Shown: positions 1 to 9,811 of the stretch, in pieces
How positions within the stretch are numbered: position 1 is the first letter of the stretch
Layout of the letters: each line of letters begins with the position of its first letter
Assembly (NCBI GenBank): GCA_963724295.1
Contig: CAVRUC010000010.1
Location: 224,001 to 288,000 of the forward strand
Source: an uncultured Chloroflexia bacterium
GTDB taxonomy: Bacteria; Chloroflexota; Chloroflexia; Thermomicrobiales; UBA6265
Reading direction: 5' to 3'
DNA length: 64,000 bases
The notes under the pieces: generated by a model
Told to the model about the DNA's origin: nothing
Databases searched by the model: none
What the model saw: the letters and a program-made list of their open reading frames with translations, nothing else
Translations under genes and position numbers: made by a program

Positions 1-508
1 GGATGAAAAGCGTTTTGACACAATGGCTCGCGGCATGGCCCGGCACTCGTCACGGCGCGGCGTGCTTGGCGGGGTGCTCGGCGCCGCGTTGACCCTGGTG
101 GGGGGATCGTCCGCCATGGCAATCCGGGGCAGGCTTCGCCGAGCCAATCGCGGCGGTAGTGGCCAGGATGAGACCGCCACCGCATCGGACTACCTCCCTG
201 ACGGAGCCCTCGTCGGCGGAGTCCTGGAAGAGACGATCGAGATGTGCCACGTCGATCCGGAAACGGGTGGCTACCGCATCGTGCCCGTCAGCATGGTCGC
301 CGTTCCGGAGCAACTGCAGCGGGGCCACACCCTCTATATCGACTGCTGTGTCTCGACCGACTGCGCCTCGACCGACTGCTGGACGGCCAAGGGCTGCGTC
401 TCCGGTGCTTGCTCCTTCGACGTTGCCATCAATGCTTCATGCAATCTCGAAAATGGCGTTTATGGCATCTGCCGCGGCGACGGCGTCTGCGTGCCGGTCA
501 GCACCTGA
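1..508 (+). CDS. Tat-exported Cys-rich protein (5' end probably just outside the window)
   Basis: Frame is open from base 2 (DEKRFDTMARGMARHSSRRGVLGG + hydrophobic stretch); C-terminal Cys-rich region CCVSTDC..C..C..C..C. Confidence 0.7.
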   Translation, partial: DEKRFDTMARGMARHSSRRGVLGGVLGAALTLVGGSSAMAIRGRLRRANRGGSGQDETATASDYLPDGALVGGVLEETIEMCHVDPETGGYRIVPVSMVAVPEQLQRGHTLYIDCCVSTDCASTDCWTAKGCVSGACSFDVAINASCNLENGVYGICRGDGVCVPVST

Positions 509-524
509 GTGGCCATCGGGTGAT

Positions 525-556
525 GACGTGGAGGTTGGCGCGCCAACCTCCACGTC
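525..556. terminator. Perfect 32-bp palindrome between convergent genes, likely bidirectional terminator
   Basis: GACGTGGAGGTTGGCG|CGCCAACCTCCACGTC. Confidence 0.6.
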
Positions 557-632
557 TCTCAGGTCGAGTATAAGGCGGCGGATTCCCGTGGGCTCTGCTC
601 TCGCTTGACACTCCTGTCAGCCAGAAGCTGGT

Positions 633-1641
633 CTACGTAAGCTCTCTCAGCAGGTCCAGGGCGTTCATCTCCGACCAACTCTCGACGATCTTGCCGCAGT
701 CGATGCGGTAGATGTTGATGCCGGTGATTTGCACCGTCTTGCCGGTGGCGGGCAGACCGAACATTGGCCCCTGGTGCGTCGCGCTCGCCGACCAGCGCAC
801 CACCACCAGATCGCCATCAGCAAACGTGTCTTCGTCGCTCTGGACAATGTCGGGGAAGGCTTCGAGCAGCCGGGCGAGCCCCGCTTTGACCTCCGGCACG
901 CCGTGCGCATCGGGGAACATCCCGAAATGGTGGACGACCGGGGGATCGAGGATCTCGTCGAGGACGTCGAGGTTCTTGCCGGTGATCACATTCTCCGACC
1001 AGCGGTGGGCAATGGCGACATTTGCGTCGCTGGAGTCATCGGCGCACGGTGTTGCTATAGGAGCGCTCATGGCAGCCCGCGCCTGAGCAGCAGGGGTTGC
1101 CAGGAGGGCGGGGATGTCGGTCGCACCGAGCTGACTCAATAGACCGAGGTGATCGGCCTCACTCCATGATTCGACGATCTGACCGCACTGGAAGCGGAAG
1201 ATGTTGGTTCCCTGCCAGCTCACTTCGCGGTTAGTCGGCGCGATTCCCTGCCACTCGCCACGCTGCGTGCCGGTTGCCGTCCAGCGCGTCGCCGCCAGAT
1301 CGCCCTCGGCCGCGACCAGATCGACGGTGAACTCCAGATCGGGGAAGGCGGTGAAGAACAGACCCCAACGCTCAGAAAACTCCTCGAACCCTGTCGTATC
1401 CCCGCCGATGCCCCAGTGATGGACTTCGTCCGGCGCGACGATCTCCGCGATCTTGCCCTGATCGCCCCACCACACTTCGTCCCAGTACATCGTCGCCAGC
1501 TCTTCGTTTTCCTCTGCTGTCGTCACCGGGCATTCGGCCGCGGGCGTCGCCTGCTGTGCGCGGCCGACCATGGGGCCGGGGATCACCAGCAGTCGAGCTA
1601 GCCAGAATCATCAAGACGGCGAATCGGAAAAACCGGCCCAT
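633..1641 (-). CDS. Secreted tandem SnoaL-like (ester cyclase/NTF2) protein; apparent frameshift ~1595 in the signal peptide
   Basis: Two repeats with AFPD..AEGD/ADGD..RW..GT..G..G..PT/AT..GxNIxRxxCGxIVESWSE; signal MGRFFRFAVLMILAS follows RBS GAGGAGG in another frame. Confidence 0.8.
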
Positions 1642-1734
1642 GCGACCTCCTCGAGACGAGCTATGAGCAACCAGTCGAATCTCGATCCTCCTAGCAAGAC
1701 TGACACCAGTCCCCGTGACCCATCACCCGTCGTC

Positions 1735-2718
1735 CTATGACCCACTTTCCCGGGCTTGCTCGAGCAGAGCGATGTTGATGGCGCCCTCCGCTCCGGTCGC
1801 CCCCTCATAGGCCCGGCCAGCGGTCCAGGCGGCGAAGGCGGCGACCTGGGATTCGTACGGGTTCGGAGCGGTGTCGTAGGAGCGGACCGTGCCATCCGAA
1901 AGCGACAGGCGTCCTCCGGCCGCCCCCAGCCGGGGCACGAATACGCCGGTCGCGATGGCCCATCCGCCCGTGCCATACACCTCGACCCGGTTGGCGGGAC
2001 CCTGCACCCCGGTCGCCGATTCGACTACCGCGGTGGCATCGCCCAGTTGCAACAAGAGGACCGCAAGGTCTTCGACAGCGACCGACCAGTGCTGCGTGCT
2101 GAGCCGGCTGCCGAGCAGCTGGGGTTGCGCGAAGTCAGTCAGCCACAGCGCCGCGTCGAGCGTGTGAGTGCCGATGTCCATGATGGCCCAGCCGCCGGAG
2201 GTATTCTGGCGGAGTCGCCAGGTCTCGGGCAGACCCGCGTACCGCGTCTGCCAGCTGGCCCGGATGTACGCGATCTCACCCAGCGCACCCTCGCGGACCC
2301 GCGCCCGCAGGTCACGCAGCGCCGCGTGGAATCGTCCTTGATAGCCAACCGCCAGCCGCCGTTCACGCCGCTCGGCCAGATCGGCGAGGTCGCGCGCACC
2401 GCCGCCGGTGATGGCCAGCGGTTTCTCCGCCAGGACGTGCTTGCCGGCCTCGAGCGCCATGCGGGTGTGCTCTTCGTGAAGGTGATTGGGTGAGGCGATC
2501 CAGACCGCATCGACGTCGGGATCGCGCAGCATGGCGTCGAGCGACGCGTAGGTGCGCGGAGCGCCATGCCGGACAGCGAACGCCGCCGAGCCCTGGGGAG
2601 ACGATCCGGCCGCGCCGAGCAGCTCCTGTCCCGCGTTGCGCAGGACCGGCGCGAAGACCGCGTCGGCAAATCCACTCGTGCCGACCAGCCCCCACCGCAA
2701 GCGAACCAGATCATCCAT
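1735..2718 (-). CDS. Gfo/Idh/MocA family oxidoreductase
   Basis: WGLVGTSG, DAVWIASPNHLH, GKHVLAEKP, GGWAIMDIGTH; RBS GAGGAG before MDD. Confidence 0.9.
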   Translation of the reverse strand: MDDLVRLRWGLVGTSGFADAVFAPVLRNAGQELLGAAGSSPQGSAAFAVRHGAPRTYASLDAMLRDPDVDAVWIASPNHLHEEHTRMALEAGKHVLAEKPLAITGGGARDLADLAERRERRLAVGYQGRFHAALRDLRARVREGALGEIAYIRASWQTRYAGLPETWRLRQNTSGGWAIMDIGTHTLDAALWLTDFAQPQLLGSRLSTQHWSVAVEDLAVLLLQLGDATAVVESATGVQGPANRVEVYGTGGWAIATGVFVPRLGAAGGRLSLSDGTVRSYDTAPNPYESQVAAFAAWTAGRAYEGATGAEGAINIALLEQARESGS

Positions 2719-2810
2719 GCGCGTCTCCTCGAGCAAGGTCATTTTCTCAGTCACGCGGGACGCGCGCTCGCGGCACCCGGTGCAGCGTAACACCACCGTG
2801 CGGGACTCTC

Positions 2811-2895
2811 GTGTCATCTCCAGGCGCGAAGACGCTCAGTCCGTTGCGTCCGCATGCGCGGCCACGAAATTCCTCGCTGGCGCTCGGAACGACAC
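2811..2895. repeat. REP-like palindromic element of TGTCAT...GGAAYGACA type (degenerate)
   Basis: GTGTCATCTCCAGGCGCGAAG...TTCCTCGCTGGCGCTCGGAACGACAC; resembles 4322-4410. Confidence 0.55.
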
Positions 2896-2926
2896 ACCGC
2901 ATGCAACGCGCTCTAGTCGCTTGCAG

Positions 2927-2962
2927 CGCCCCTACAGGGTAGGGGCGACGCTTGCGTCGCCC
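2927..2962. repeat. GTAG-family REP elements (back-to-back pair)
   Basis: CGCCCCTAC then GTAGGGGCGACGCTTGCGTCGCCC hairpin. Confidence 0.65.
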
Positions 2963-3014
2963 GCGTCTCACCTTGGCGCGATGGGACGATCGCCGAAACC
3001 AGGTGCCTACCCAA

Positions 3015-3845
3015 TCAGCAGCTCTTTGTGAGAATCAGTGGCCCCAGGTCGGCTACAGAATCGACGACCACGTCGGCCTGCGCCTCCTCCACCGGGCCGA
3101 CCGGCTTGCCGGTGCGTACCAGCACGCCGACCAGGCCAAGTCGCCGGGCCGGCGCCAGATCGTTGCGCGCGTCGTCGCCGACCATCGCCAGCTCAGTCGC
3201 CGGCAGACCGATGTCGCGGATGGCCTGGCGGAAGAACGCGGCCGCCGGTTTGCCAACGACGGTCGCCCGCGTCCCCGCCGCCGTCGCCAGGGCGGTGATG
3301 AAGGGTCCGCTGTCGAGCGCCATACCCTCGGCCGTCCGCCAGGCGGTGTTGCGGTGCATGGCTACGAGCCTGGCCCCGCCCAGGAGCAGCCGGTAGGCAT
3401 GGTTGAGGCGCGCGTAAGTCAGCTCATCTTCCGCCCCACCGATGACGACCACGCCGGCATCAGGCGCGCCGTCCGGGCCGACGATCGGGACACCCGCGGC
3501 ATGAAAGTCGGCGACGGCATCACCCTTCGCCAGCAGATAGCAGGGCACCCCCGGGAAGCGACGGCGCACGTAGGCGGCGGTCGCCATCGACGCCGTGATC
3601 AACAGCTCCTCAGTGAGAGGCAGCCCCATGTCGCGCAGCCGTGCGGCAAGGGTGGCGCGGCTGGCAGTCGTGGTGTTGGTCAGCAGCCGGAACGGGATCT
3701 CCCGCGCCACGAGATCGCCCAGCAGATCCGCCGCGCCTGAGATCGGCTGTGACGCGACGTGGAGAACGCCGTCGACATCGAAGAGCCACCCACGCACCCG
3801 CGCCAGGGTGGTCCCCGCGGTCAGCGAGGAAGTGATCTGGGCCAT
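3015..3845 (-). CDS. HAD-IIA family hydrolase
   Basis: FDVDGVL, LLTNTT, VGKP, MVGDDARND, LVRTGK. Confidence 0.9.
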   Translation of the reverse strand: MAQITSSLTAGTTLARVRGWLFDVDGVLHVASQPISGAADLLGDLVAREIPFRLLTNTTTASRATLAARLRDMGLPLTEELLITASMATAAYVRRRFPGVPCYLLAKGDAVADFHAAGVPIVGPDGAPDAGVVVIGGAEDELTYARLNHAYRLLLGGARLVAMHRNTAWRTAEGMALDSGPFITALATAAGTRATVVGKPAAAFFRQAIRDIGLPATELAMVGDDARNDLAPARRLGLVGVLVRTGKPVGPVEEAQADVVVDSVADLGPLILTKSC

Positions 3846-3985
3846 CTCTTGAAGTCCCTGACTGACGACTTCGCTATCACGGTGTGATAGCGATCGACCG
3901 CGATGAAGTCAACCATGGTCATTTCACCATCGGACCGGCGTATTCATTGCTGAAGTTGGCGTATGCAATGGCTAGCGTGAAGAAT

Positions 3986-4261
3986 ATGCAGATGATGGCT
4001 TTCTTGCGCACGCTCCCCAACACGCTCTGGTGGATCACCCTGTTCCTGGCGGTAGTGGCGTTCTTCACCCAGATTGGCATCGCCGTGGCCCGCAGCGGCT
4101 CAGTTTCGGTCGGGATGCTCGTGACGGAGTTCATCTTCACCCTGGTTTTCCTCGCTATCCCGCTTGGCATCGGCTGGTACGGCCGGCAACGGGGCTCACT
4201 CTGGCACACCGCGGGCGGCCTCTTCCTCCTCCTCGCCATGGCCAGGATCTTTTTCTTCTAG
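3986..4261 (+). CDS. Small membrane protein (about 3 TM)
   Basis: Three hydrophobic segments; start codon uncertain. Confidence 0.6.
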   Translation: MQMMAFLRTLPNTLWWITLFLAVVAFFTQIGIAVARSGSVSVGMLVTEFIFTLVFLAIPLGIGWYGRQRGSLWHTAGGLFLLLAMARIFFF

Positions 4262-4321
4262 GGTGATGGGTTAGGGTCAAGGTGATGGATCGTTGGGTCA
4301 TCGAGCGGTGGATCCCAAGAG

Positions 4322-4410
4322 GTGTCATCCTGAGCCGAAGGCGTGAGGATCTCGTCGTTTGCAACCAACGCGGGACTACGACGAGATTCTTCGTGCGCTC
4401 GGAATGACAC
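4322..4410. repeat. REP-like palindromic element TGTCATCCTGAGC..GGATCTC / GAGATTCTTCG..GCTCGGAATGACA
   Basis: Long imperfect inverted repeat with GTGTCAT / ATGACAC ends. Confidence 0.7.
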
Positions 4411-4444
4411 GATGTCGGCGATCAGCGACCTAGCTCTGGCGGTC

Positions 4445-4490
4445 CATGACTTACGACCCACGACTCACGACTCACGACTCGTGACCCGAC
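4445..4490 (+). repeat. Heptamer tandem array (CACGACT)n
   Basis: catgact tacgacc cacgact cacgact cacgact cgtgacc. Confidence 0.7.
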
Positions 4491-4491
4491 C

Positions 4492-5586
4492 ATGACTGAC
4501 TTCGTCCCCGGGCTTCAGCTGAGTGAGGCGCTCTACCGTGAGGCCGTTGCCCCGATCCTCGCACGGGAGTTTCCCGGGCTCGTCCACTCCGCGGCCCGCA
4601 TCGGGACGGGTTCGGATGTGCTCGGGTTCGACACCGTCCGTTCGACCGACCACGAGTGGGGACCCCGGCTGCTGCTCCTCCTCTCCGAGACCGATGCGGC
4701 CACCCATGGACCGGCGATCGTCGAGACGTTGCGCCACACCCTGCCGCGGGAGATCCGTGGATATCCGACCAATTTTGGCCCGACGCACGAGGCCAGGGTC
4801 AGCGTTCTCCAGCCGGTAGAGGGTGGCCCCGTCGAGCACAAGGTCGAGGTGACCACCCCATCCCAATTCCTGCAGGAACGGCTGGGAATCACCTCTGCCC
4901 GCGAGCTCGACGTCCTGGACTGGCTCACGTTTTCGGAGCAAGCGCTGCTCGAGGTCACCGCCGGTGCGGTGTTCCATGATGGGCTCGGGACGCTGGCAGA
5001 GGCGCGCCGGCTCCTTGCCTACTACCCGCACGACATCTGGCTCTATCTTCTCGCCGCGCAATGGGCCCGCATCTCCCAGCAAGAACCGTTTGTGGGACGG
5101 ACCGGGGAGGTCAGGGACGAGCTCGGATCGGCGCTGGTCGCCGCGGACCTCGTCCGGGACGTGATGCGCCTCGGGTTCCTCATGGAGCGGCGATACGCCC
5201 CGTACAGCAAGTGGTTCGGCAGCGCCTTTGCCCGCCTCGCGTGCGCCGCTCAGCTGAGACCACATCTGGACGCGGTTCTCTCGGCTCGCGGATGGCACGA
5301 TCGGCAGCAGCACCTCGTCCATGCCTACGAGATCGTTGCCGCCATCCACAACGATCTGGGCATCACTGAGCCCTTATCGACTCGAGCGTCCCAATTCCAC
5401 GGCCGGCCATTCCTCGTCATCCAGGCCGGCGAGTTCGCGGACGCAATTCGCGACCAGATCCGGGACGAGCGAGTGCGCAACCTGCCGGAAGCCATCGGAT
5501 CGATCGACCAGTTCGTCGACTCCACCGACGTTCTATCGAACACCGCGGTCCGACGGCAGGCGAAGGCGATCTACGGGAGTGTCTGA
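4492..5586 (+). CDS. DUF4037 domain-containing protein (nucleotidyltransferase-like)
   Basis: IGTGSDVLGFDTVRSTDHEWGPR, YYPHDIW, YAPYSKWFG, GSIDQFVDSTD. Confidence 0.8.
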   Translation: MTDFVPGLQLSEALYREAVAPILAREFPGLVHSAARIGTGSDVLGFDTVRSTDHEWGPRLLLLLSETDAATHGPAIVETLRHTLPREIRGYPTNFGPTHEARVSVLQPVEGGPVEHKVEVTTPSQFLQERLGITSARELDVLDWLTFSEQALLEVTAGAVFHDGLGTLAEARRLLAYYPHDIWLYLLAAQWARISQQEPFVGRTGEVRDELGSALVAADLVRDVMRLGFLMERRYAPYSKWFGSAFARLACAAQLRPHLDAVLSARGWHDRQQHLVHAYEIVAAIHNDLGITEPLSTRASQFHGRPFLVIQAGEFADAIRDQIRDERVRNLPEAIGSIDQFVDSTDVLSNTAVRRQAKAIYGSV

Positions 5587-5668
5587 GTCGGCAAGACGGC
5601 AAGACCGTTCACAATGCCTTCCCATACCGGGGCTTTACGGCACGCAATAATGTCAGGGAGCAGAAAAG

Positions 5669-5890
5669 ATGAAGCTTCACTACGACCCGAACACAGACTC
5701 CCTGTACATCGACCTCAATGCCAGGCTGGGAGCCGACGCGCGAGAGATTGCCGATGGGCTGGTCGTGGACTTCGACGCGGAGGGCCGTCCCGTCGGCATC
5801 GACATCCAGCACGCCTCTCGCAACCTCGACCTGTCCACCCTGGAAACCCAAGCCTTGCCGGCATTCAATGTCAGCTGGTTGAGGCGCTAG
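5669..5890 (+). CDS. DUF2283 domain-containing protein
   Basis: MKLHYDPNTDSLYI...VVDFDAEGRPVGIDIQHAS. Confidence 0.85.
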   Translation: MKLHYDPNTDSLYIDLNARLGADAREIADGLVVDFDAEGRPVGIDIQHASRNLDLSTLETQALPAFNVSWLRR

Positions 5891-5993
5891 ATCCGGTCCC
5901 GTCTTTCCCCTTCACCCCCTTGAGCGCGAGCCGCGAGCGGCTGGCCCCCCCTGAGCCGAAGGCGTCACCCCCTGCGGCGAAGCCGCCACCCCC

Positions 5994-6830
5994 TCAAAAC
6001 GTGTACGTCTCACCGTGGCTCAGATAATGGACCCGGTCTTCGAGCCCCGCGGCGCGCACTTCGTCCTGGAAGTCGGAGAGCGGCGACGTGAAGACGTCGT
6101 AGTCGTTGTAGTGAATCGGGATGGCCAGGGCGGGATCGACGATCCGCATCGCCTCCACGCCCTGCTTCGCGTCCATGCTGACCAGGATCCCCAGGACCCG
6201 CGTGCCGCCCAGGTGCAGCAGGGCAATGTCGATGTCGGGGAAGCGGCGCGGGATCTCCCGCAGCTCGTCGATGACGAGCGTGTCGCCGGTGATGTAGATC
6301 CGCGATGCGCGACCGTCGGCCGTCGTGACGTCGAGCACGCTGCCCATCACGTCGGGGAGGACGAGATCGACCATTGGCGGGCCGTGACGCGCCGGGGTGG
6401 CGGTGATCCGCAATCGCGCCGGCCCCTTCTCCACGTCCAGGGACTCCCAAACATCCAGCGGGATGCAATTGGTGAACCCGCGCTCCTCCAGGTCATTGGC
6501 GGACTGCGGGGTGGTCACGATCGGCAGCGCGCGGTCGAGGTCGCGCTCGGCCACCTGGTCGAAATGATCGCCGTGGAAATGCGAGAGCAGGACCAGATCG
6601 AGCGGCGGCAGATCCGCCAACTCCATAGCGGGATCGGTCAGGCGGGTGGTGTGCAGCCCGCCGCCGAGCCAGGTCTGCTCGTGCTTGTGGATGAACGTCG
6701 GGTCGGTCAGGATCGTGAACCCGGCGACCCGAATCAAGACTGTCGCGTTGCCGATGAAAAAGATCGAGCCCTCATTCGTCGCATCGGCTGCCGCTGTGTC
6801 CGGCAACGTGAGGGTGTTGGTAACAGCCAT
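5994..6830 (-). CDS. MBL-fold metallo-hydrolase
   Basis: ILTDP, LSHFHGDHFD, TPARHG, YITGDT, IPIHY. Confidence 0.9.
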   Translation of the reverse strand: MAVTNTLTLPDTAAADATNEGSIFFIGNATVLIRVAGFTILTDPTFIHKHEQTWLGGGLHTTRLTDPAMELADLPPLDLVLLSHFHGDHFDQVAERDLDRALPIVTTPQSANDLEERGFTNCIPLDVWESLDVEKGPARLRITATPARHGPPMVDLVLPDVMGSVLDVTTADGRASRIYITGDTLVIDELREIPRRFPDIDIALLHLGGTRVLGILVSMDAKQGVEAMRIVDPALAIPIHYNDYDVFTSPLSDFQDEVRAAGLEDRVHYLSHGETYTF

Positions 6831-6879
6831 CGTCCCCCTCCTTTCGCGGAGGGAGACGCACCCGGCATGCCACGGGACG

Positions 6880-6960
6880 GCGGTGGCAGGGTCACTGGGT
6901 GGCAGGGTGGCGGGGAGTCAATCTTCCTGCCACCCCGCGACCCTACTACCCCGCTACCCT
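6880..6960. repeat. Inverted pair of degenerate octamer arrays (GGGTGGCA / TGCCACCC)
   Basis: ggtggcag ggtcactg ggtggcag ggtggcgg ... ctgccacc ccgcgacc ctactacc ccgctacc. Confidence 0.6.
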
Positions 6961-6964
6961 CGTC

Positions 6965-7561
6965 CTAGAAGCCGGCCCGGAGCACCGACAGCAACCCGCC
7001 GAAGAGCGCCGAACTGATCCCGAAGACCACGGTCAAGATAATGTCGACGATGAGGATGCCGATCAATGCCACCAGACCGGTGCCGATCGCTCGACCGGTA
7101 TCGAACTCGAATGCCTCGCGCAGCGCCAAGATCGCCGCGGCGAGGAACCAGATGAAGACGACCAGCCCCACGATCCAGCCCAGTAAGGGGATGATCCCCA
7201 GCACCAGGAACAGCTTTGGCGCATGCGCGAACCCGATGGTGCGCAGCACCTGCCCCGGCGTGGCTGACGTCTGGCCCGTAGAGAAGAGACTCGCCCCGAC
7301 GTAGTACGCGACAAACGAGAAGATGACCCATTGCAGGATGGACGACAGCACGACCCCGAGCACGTTTTGGACAACGTCGCGGCTCAGAATGACCCCGATG
7401 CCGGCGGCAAGCGCTGCCAGCACGATTGTCAGCGCGGCCTGCCCATTGGCATTGGTATCCTGCTCGACCTCCCGGTAGGTGCGCGCATCGAGCCTGAGCG
7501 CACCAACTAGGCGATCGGCATACGATGCGGAGCGAGTCGAACCGTACGGTGTTGGTTGCAT
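6965..7561 (-). CDS. Yip1 family membrane protein
   Basis: RLVGALRLDARTYREVEQD; QVLRTIGFAHAP; about 5 TM. Confidence 0.8.
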   Translation of the reverse strand: MQPTPYGSTRSASYADRLVGALRLDARTYREVEQDTNANGQAALTIVLAALAAGIGVILSRDVVQNVLGVVLSSILQWVIFSFVAYYVGASLFSTGQTSATPGQVLRTIGFAHAPKLFLVLGIIPLLGWIVGLVVFIWFLAAAILALREAFEFDTGRAIGTGLVALIGILIVDIILTVVFGISSALFGGLLSVLRAGF

Positions 7562-7592
7562 TGCGAGCCTCCTTGCTCTGTGCCACCGCCAA

Positions 7593-8237
7593 TCAGGCGA
7601 GCGACGATGCGATCATGACTGTGCTTAGCACGACGGCGATCACCACGACAAGCACCGCGACGATGAGAAACGCGGCAATCTCGATACCAATCGCCTTCCA
7701 GATACCGACCCCGAACGCAGTCCGCACCGCCATCACGCCGGTAACGAGCGTCCACAGCGCACCCATGGTGGCCAGGAGCGGGCCGACGACCGGGATCGGC
7801 GTCAGAAACGACGCCAGGGTCGGAGAGTAACCCCATGCCACCAGCCGCCGCATCTCCACGGCGGTGACCTGCCGTCCCTCCTTGCCCGCTACCCGGTTCC
7901 CGATGACCCGCAGCAGCCACGACGACAGATACCAGCTCAGAATCGTGAGCAGGATGGCGACGACCAGCGCCGTGACCTGACGCTCGGTGGTATCGAACGT
8001 GAACGCCGCCGCCAGCGCGGCAACATCTCCGGCCATCTCCTCCGTCATGCCAGGGAACTCGACGACGATCGGGGTGATGATCCAGGCGATGCCGTTAGCC
8101 AGGCCCAGGAGTACGACGATCCACCACGACTGGCTGGTAGCCTCCGGGTCCCGCTGAATCGCCTCGTAGGTCGGTCGCTTCAGGCGGATAACTCCGGACA
8201 GACGCTCCCAGAATGATTCCTGCAATACAGACAGCAT
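7593..8237 (-). CDS. Yip1 family membrane protein (tandem paralog)
   Basis: RLSGVIRLKRPTYEAIQRD; RRLVAWGYSP; about 5 TM. Confidence 0.75.
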   Translation of the reverse strand: MLSVLQESFWERLSGVIRLKRPTYEAIQRDPEATSQSWWIVVLLGLANGIAWIITPIVVEFPGMTEEMAGDVAALAAAFTFDTTERQVTALVVAILLTILSWYLSSWLLRVIGNRVAGKEGRQVTAVEMRRLVAWGYSPTLASFLTPIPVVGPLLATMGALWTLVTGVMAVRTAFGVGIWKAIGIEIAAFLIVAVLVVVIAVVLSTVMIASSLA

Positions 8238-8326
8238 CTGCCCCGTTCTCTCCCTCGCGGCACTAGCTCGGCCCGTCTCCCGCAGCGAGAGAGTTTACCG
8301 GTCTGTCGGCTGTTGTGGATGGAGGG

Positions 8327-9658
8327 TTATGAGTGGGCGAATGACTCGTCCAGAATGCGCACCGCGTCGTCGACGTCGCGCTCACTCACGATCAGCGGCG
8401 GGCAGATGCGAATCACGTTGGCGTGCAGCCCGCCGCGCCCGATGATCAGCCCGCGTCGCTTGGCCTCGTTCTGGACCCGCCCCAGGACGTCCGGCGCCGG
8501 CTCCTTCGTCACCCGGTCGCGAACCAGCTCGACGGCGACCATCAACCCCATCCCCCGCACGTCGCCGATGACCGGGTGCCGCTCGGCCAGCTCGCGCAGC
8601 CGCGTCATGAGGTAGCCCCCTACCAGCCGGGCATTCTCGCGCAGATTGTGGGTGGCGATGTAGTTCAGGTTCGCCATGGCGGCGGTGGTCGCCACCGGGT
8701 TACCGCCGAAGGTCGACAGCGAGAGGGAGCGGATAGCGCCAGCCAGATCGTCGGTGGCAATCACGCCGCCGATGGGGACGCCGTTGGCCAGCCCCTTGGC
8801 GAAGACAACCACATCCGGCTCGACGCCGTACGCCTGGAACCCCCAGTCGGCAACGCCGATGCGCCCCCAGGCGGTCTGCACCTCATCGCTGATGAAGGGG
8901 ATGCCGTAGCGATCGAGGATCTCCTTGACCCGGACGAAATACTCGGGCGGTGGGGTGATGAACCCGCCCACCCCCTGCACGGGCTCGGCGATGAAAGCCG
9001 CCGGCTGGCCGCTCGTGGTCGTGCGGATGACCGCTTCGACGTCGCGAGCGCACAGCAGATCGCACTCCGGATAGGTCTTCTCCCACGGACAGCGGTAGCA
9101 ATAGGGATTGCCGACGTAATGGACGTGCAGCGGCGAGAGCGTGCTGGAGCGCCATGGCGTCTGCCCGGAGGCGTTGATCGTGGCGAAGGAGCGGCCGTGG
9201 TAGGAGTGGCGAAGGGCGATCAGCTCGTTCGATTGGCGGTTGAGGGTGGTGATCAGAAAGGCGGCCTCGTTGGCCTCGGTGCCGCTGTTGGTAAAGAAGA
9301 CCTTGTTCAACCGGGGCGGAGTCATCATCCGCAACCGCTCGGCCAGCTCGATCTGGGAGCGGATCAGGAAGAGCGTGCTGGAGTGAATGATGCGGTCGAG
9401 CTGCTCCTTGATCGGCTCGTTGATCTCCGGGATGGCGTGGCCGGAGGAGACAGTGGCGATGCCGCCGAAGAAGTCGAGGTACTGCTTCCCCTCGCCGTCG
9501 AAGACATACTGCCGCTCGCCGCGGCGCAGCTCGATCGGCTCCTCGTAGAAGAGCCCGACGCTCGGGAACAGGCTCTCCTGGTGCCGGCGCAGTAGCTCAT
9601 CGGCGTCACCGGGCCACTCGGTCTCGATGTCGGCGACGTGTTCCCGAAGGTCGGTCAT
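8327..9658 (-). CDS. Class III PLP aminotransferase (AGXT2/GabT-like)
   Basis: YLDFFGGIA, FTNSGTEANE, SYHG, FIAEPVQGVGG, SDEVQT, AKGLANG, TFGGNP. Confidence 0.92.
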   Translation of the reverse strand: MTDLREHVADIETEWPGDADELLRRHQESLFPSVGLFYEEPIELRRGERQYVFDGEGKQYLDFFGGIATVSSGHAIPEINEPIKEQLDRIIHSSTLFLIRSQIELAERLRMMTPPRLNKVFFTNSGTEANEAAFLITTLNRQSNELIALRHSYHGRSFATINASGQTPWRSSTLSPLHVHYVGNPYCYRCPWEKTYPECDLLCARDVEAVIRTTTSGQPAAFIAEPVQGVGGFITPPPEYFVRVKEILDRYGIPFISDEVQTAWGRIGVADWGFQAYGVEPDVVVFAKGLANGVPIGGVIATDDLAGAIRSLSLSTFGGNPVATTAAMANLNYIATHNLRENARLVGGYLMTRLRELAERHPVIGDVRGMGLMVAVELVRDRVTKEPAPDVLGRVQNEAKRRGLIIGRGGLHANVIRICPPLIVSERDVDDAVRILDESFAHS

Positions 9659-9692
9659 GGTGGGTCCTTAAGACGGCAGACATGGGTGTAGA

Positions 9693-9725
9693 GTGGTTAC
9701 TCGCTGCGCTCGTGGTGGCAGGGTG
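9693..9725 (-). repeat. Dispersed 33-bp repeat, inverted copy of 13553-13585
   Basis: Reverse complement CACCCTGCCACCACGAGCGCAGCGAGTAACCAC, 32/33 identical. Confidence 0.8.
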
Positions 9726-9811
9726 TCTGCGTGCCCGCGTCTACCGCCACCCTAGCACCCCGACCGACCCGGCACTATGACCCGCACCAAACTATGACGC
9801 TGCGTCCGCGC

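Noticed and set aside
5669..5890. Complete DUF4258/DUF2283 toxin-antitoxin pair
   Set aside because: No partner ORF upstream; the gene is an orphan
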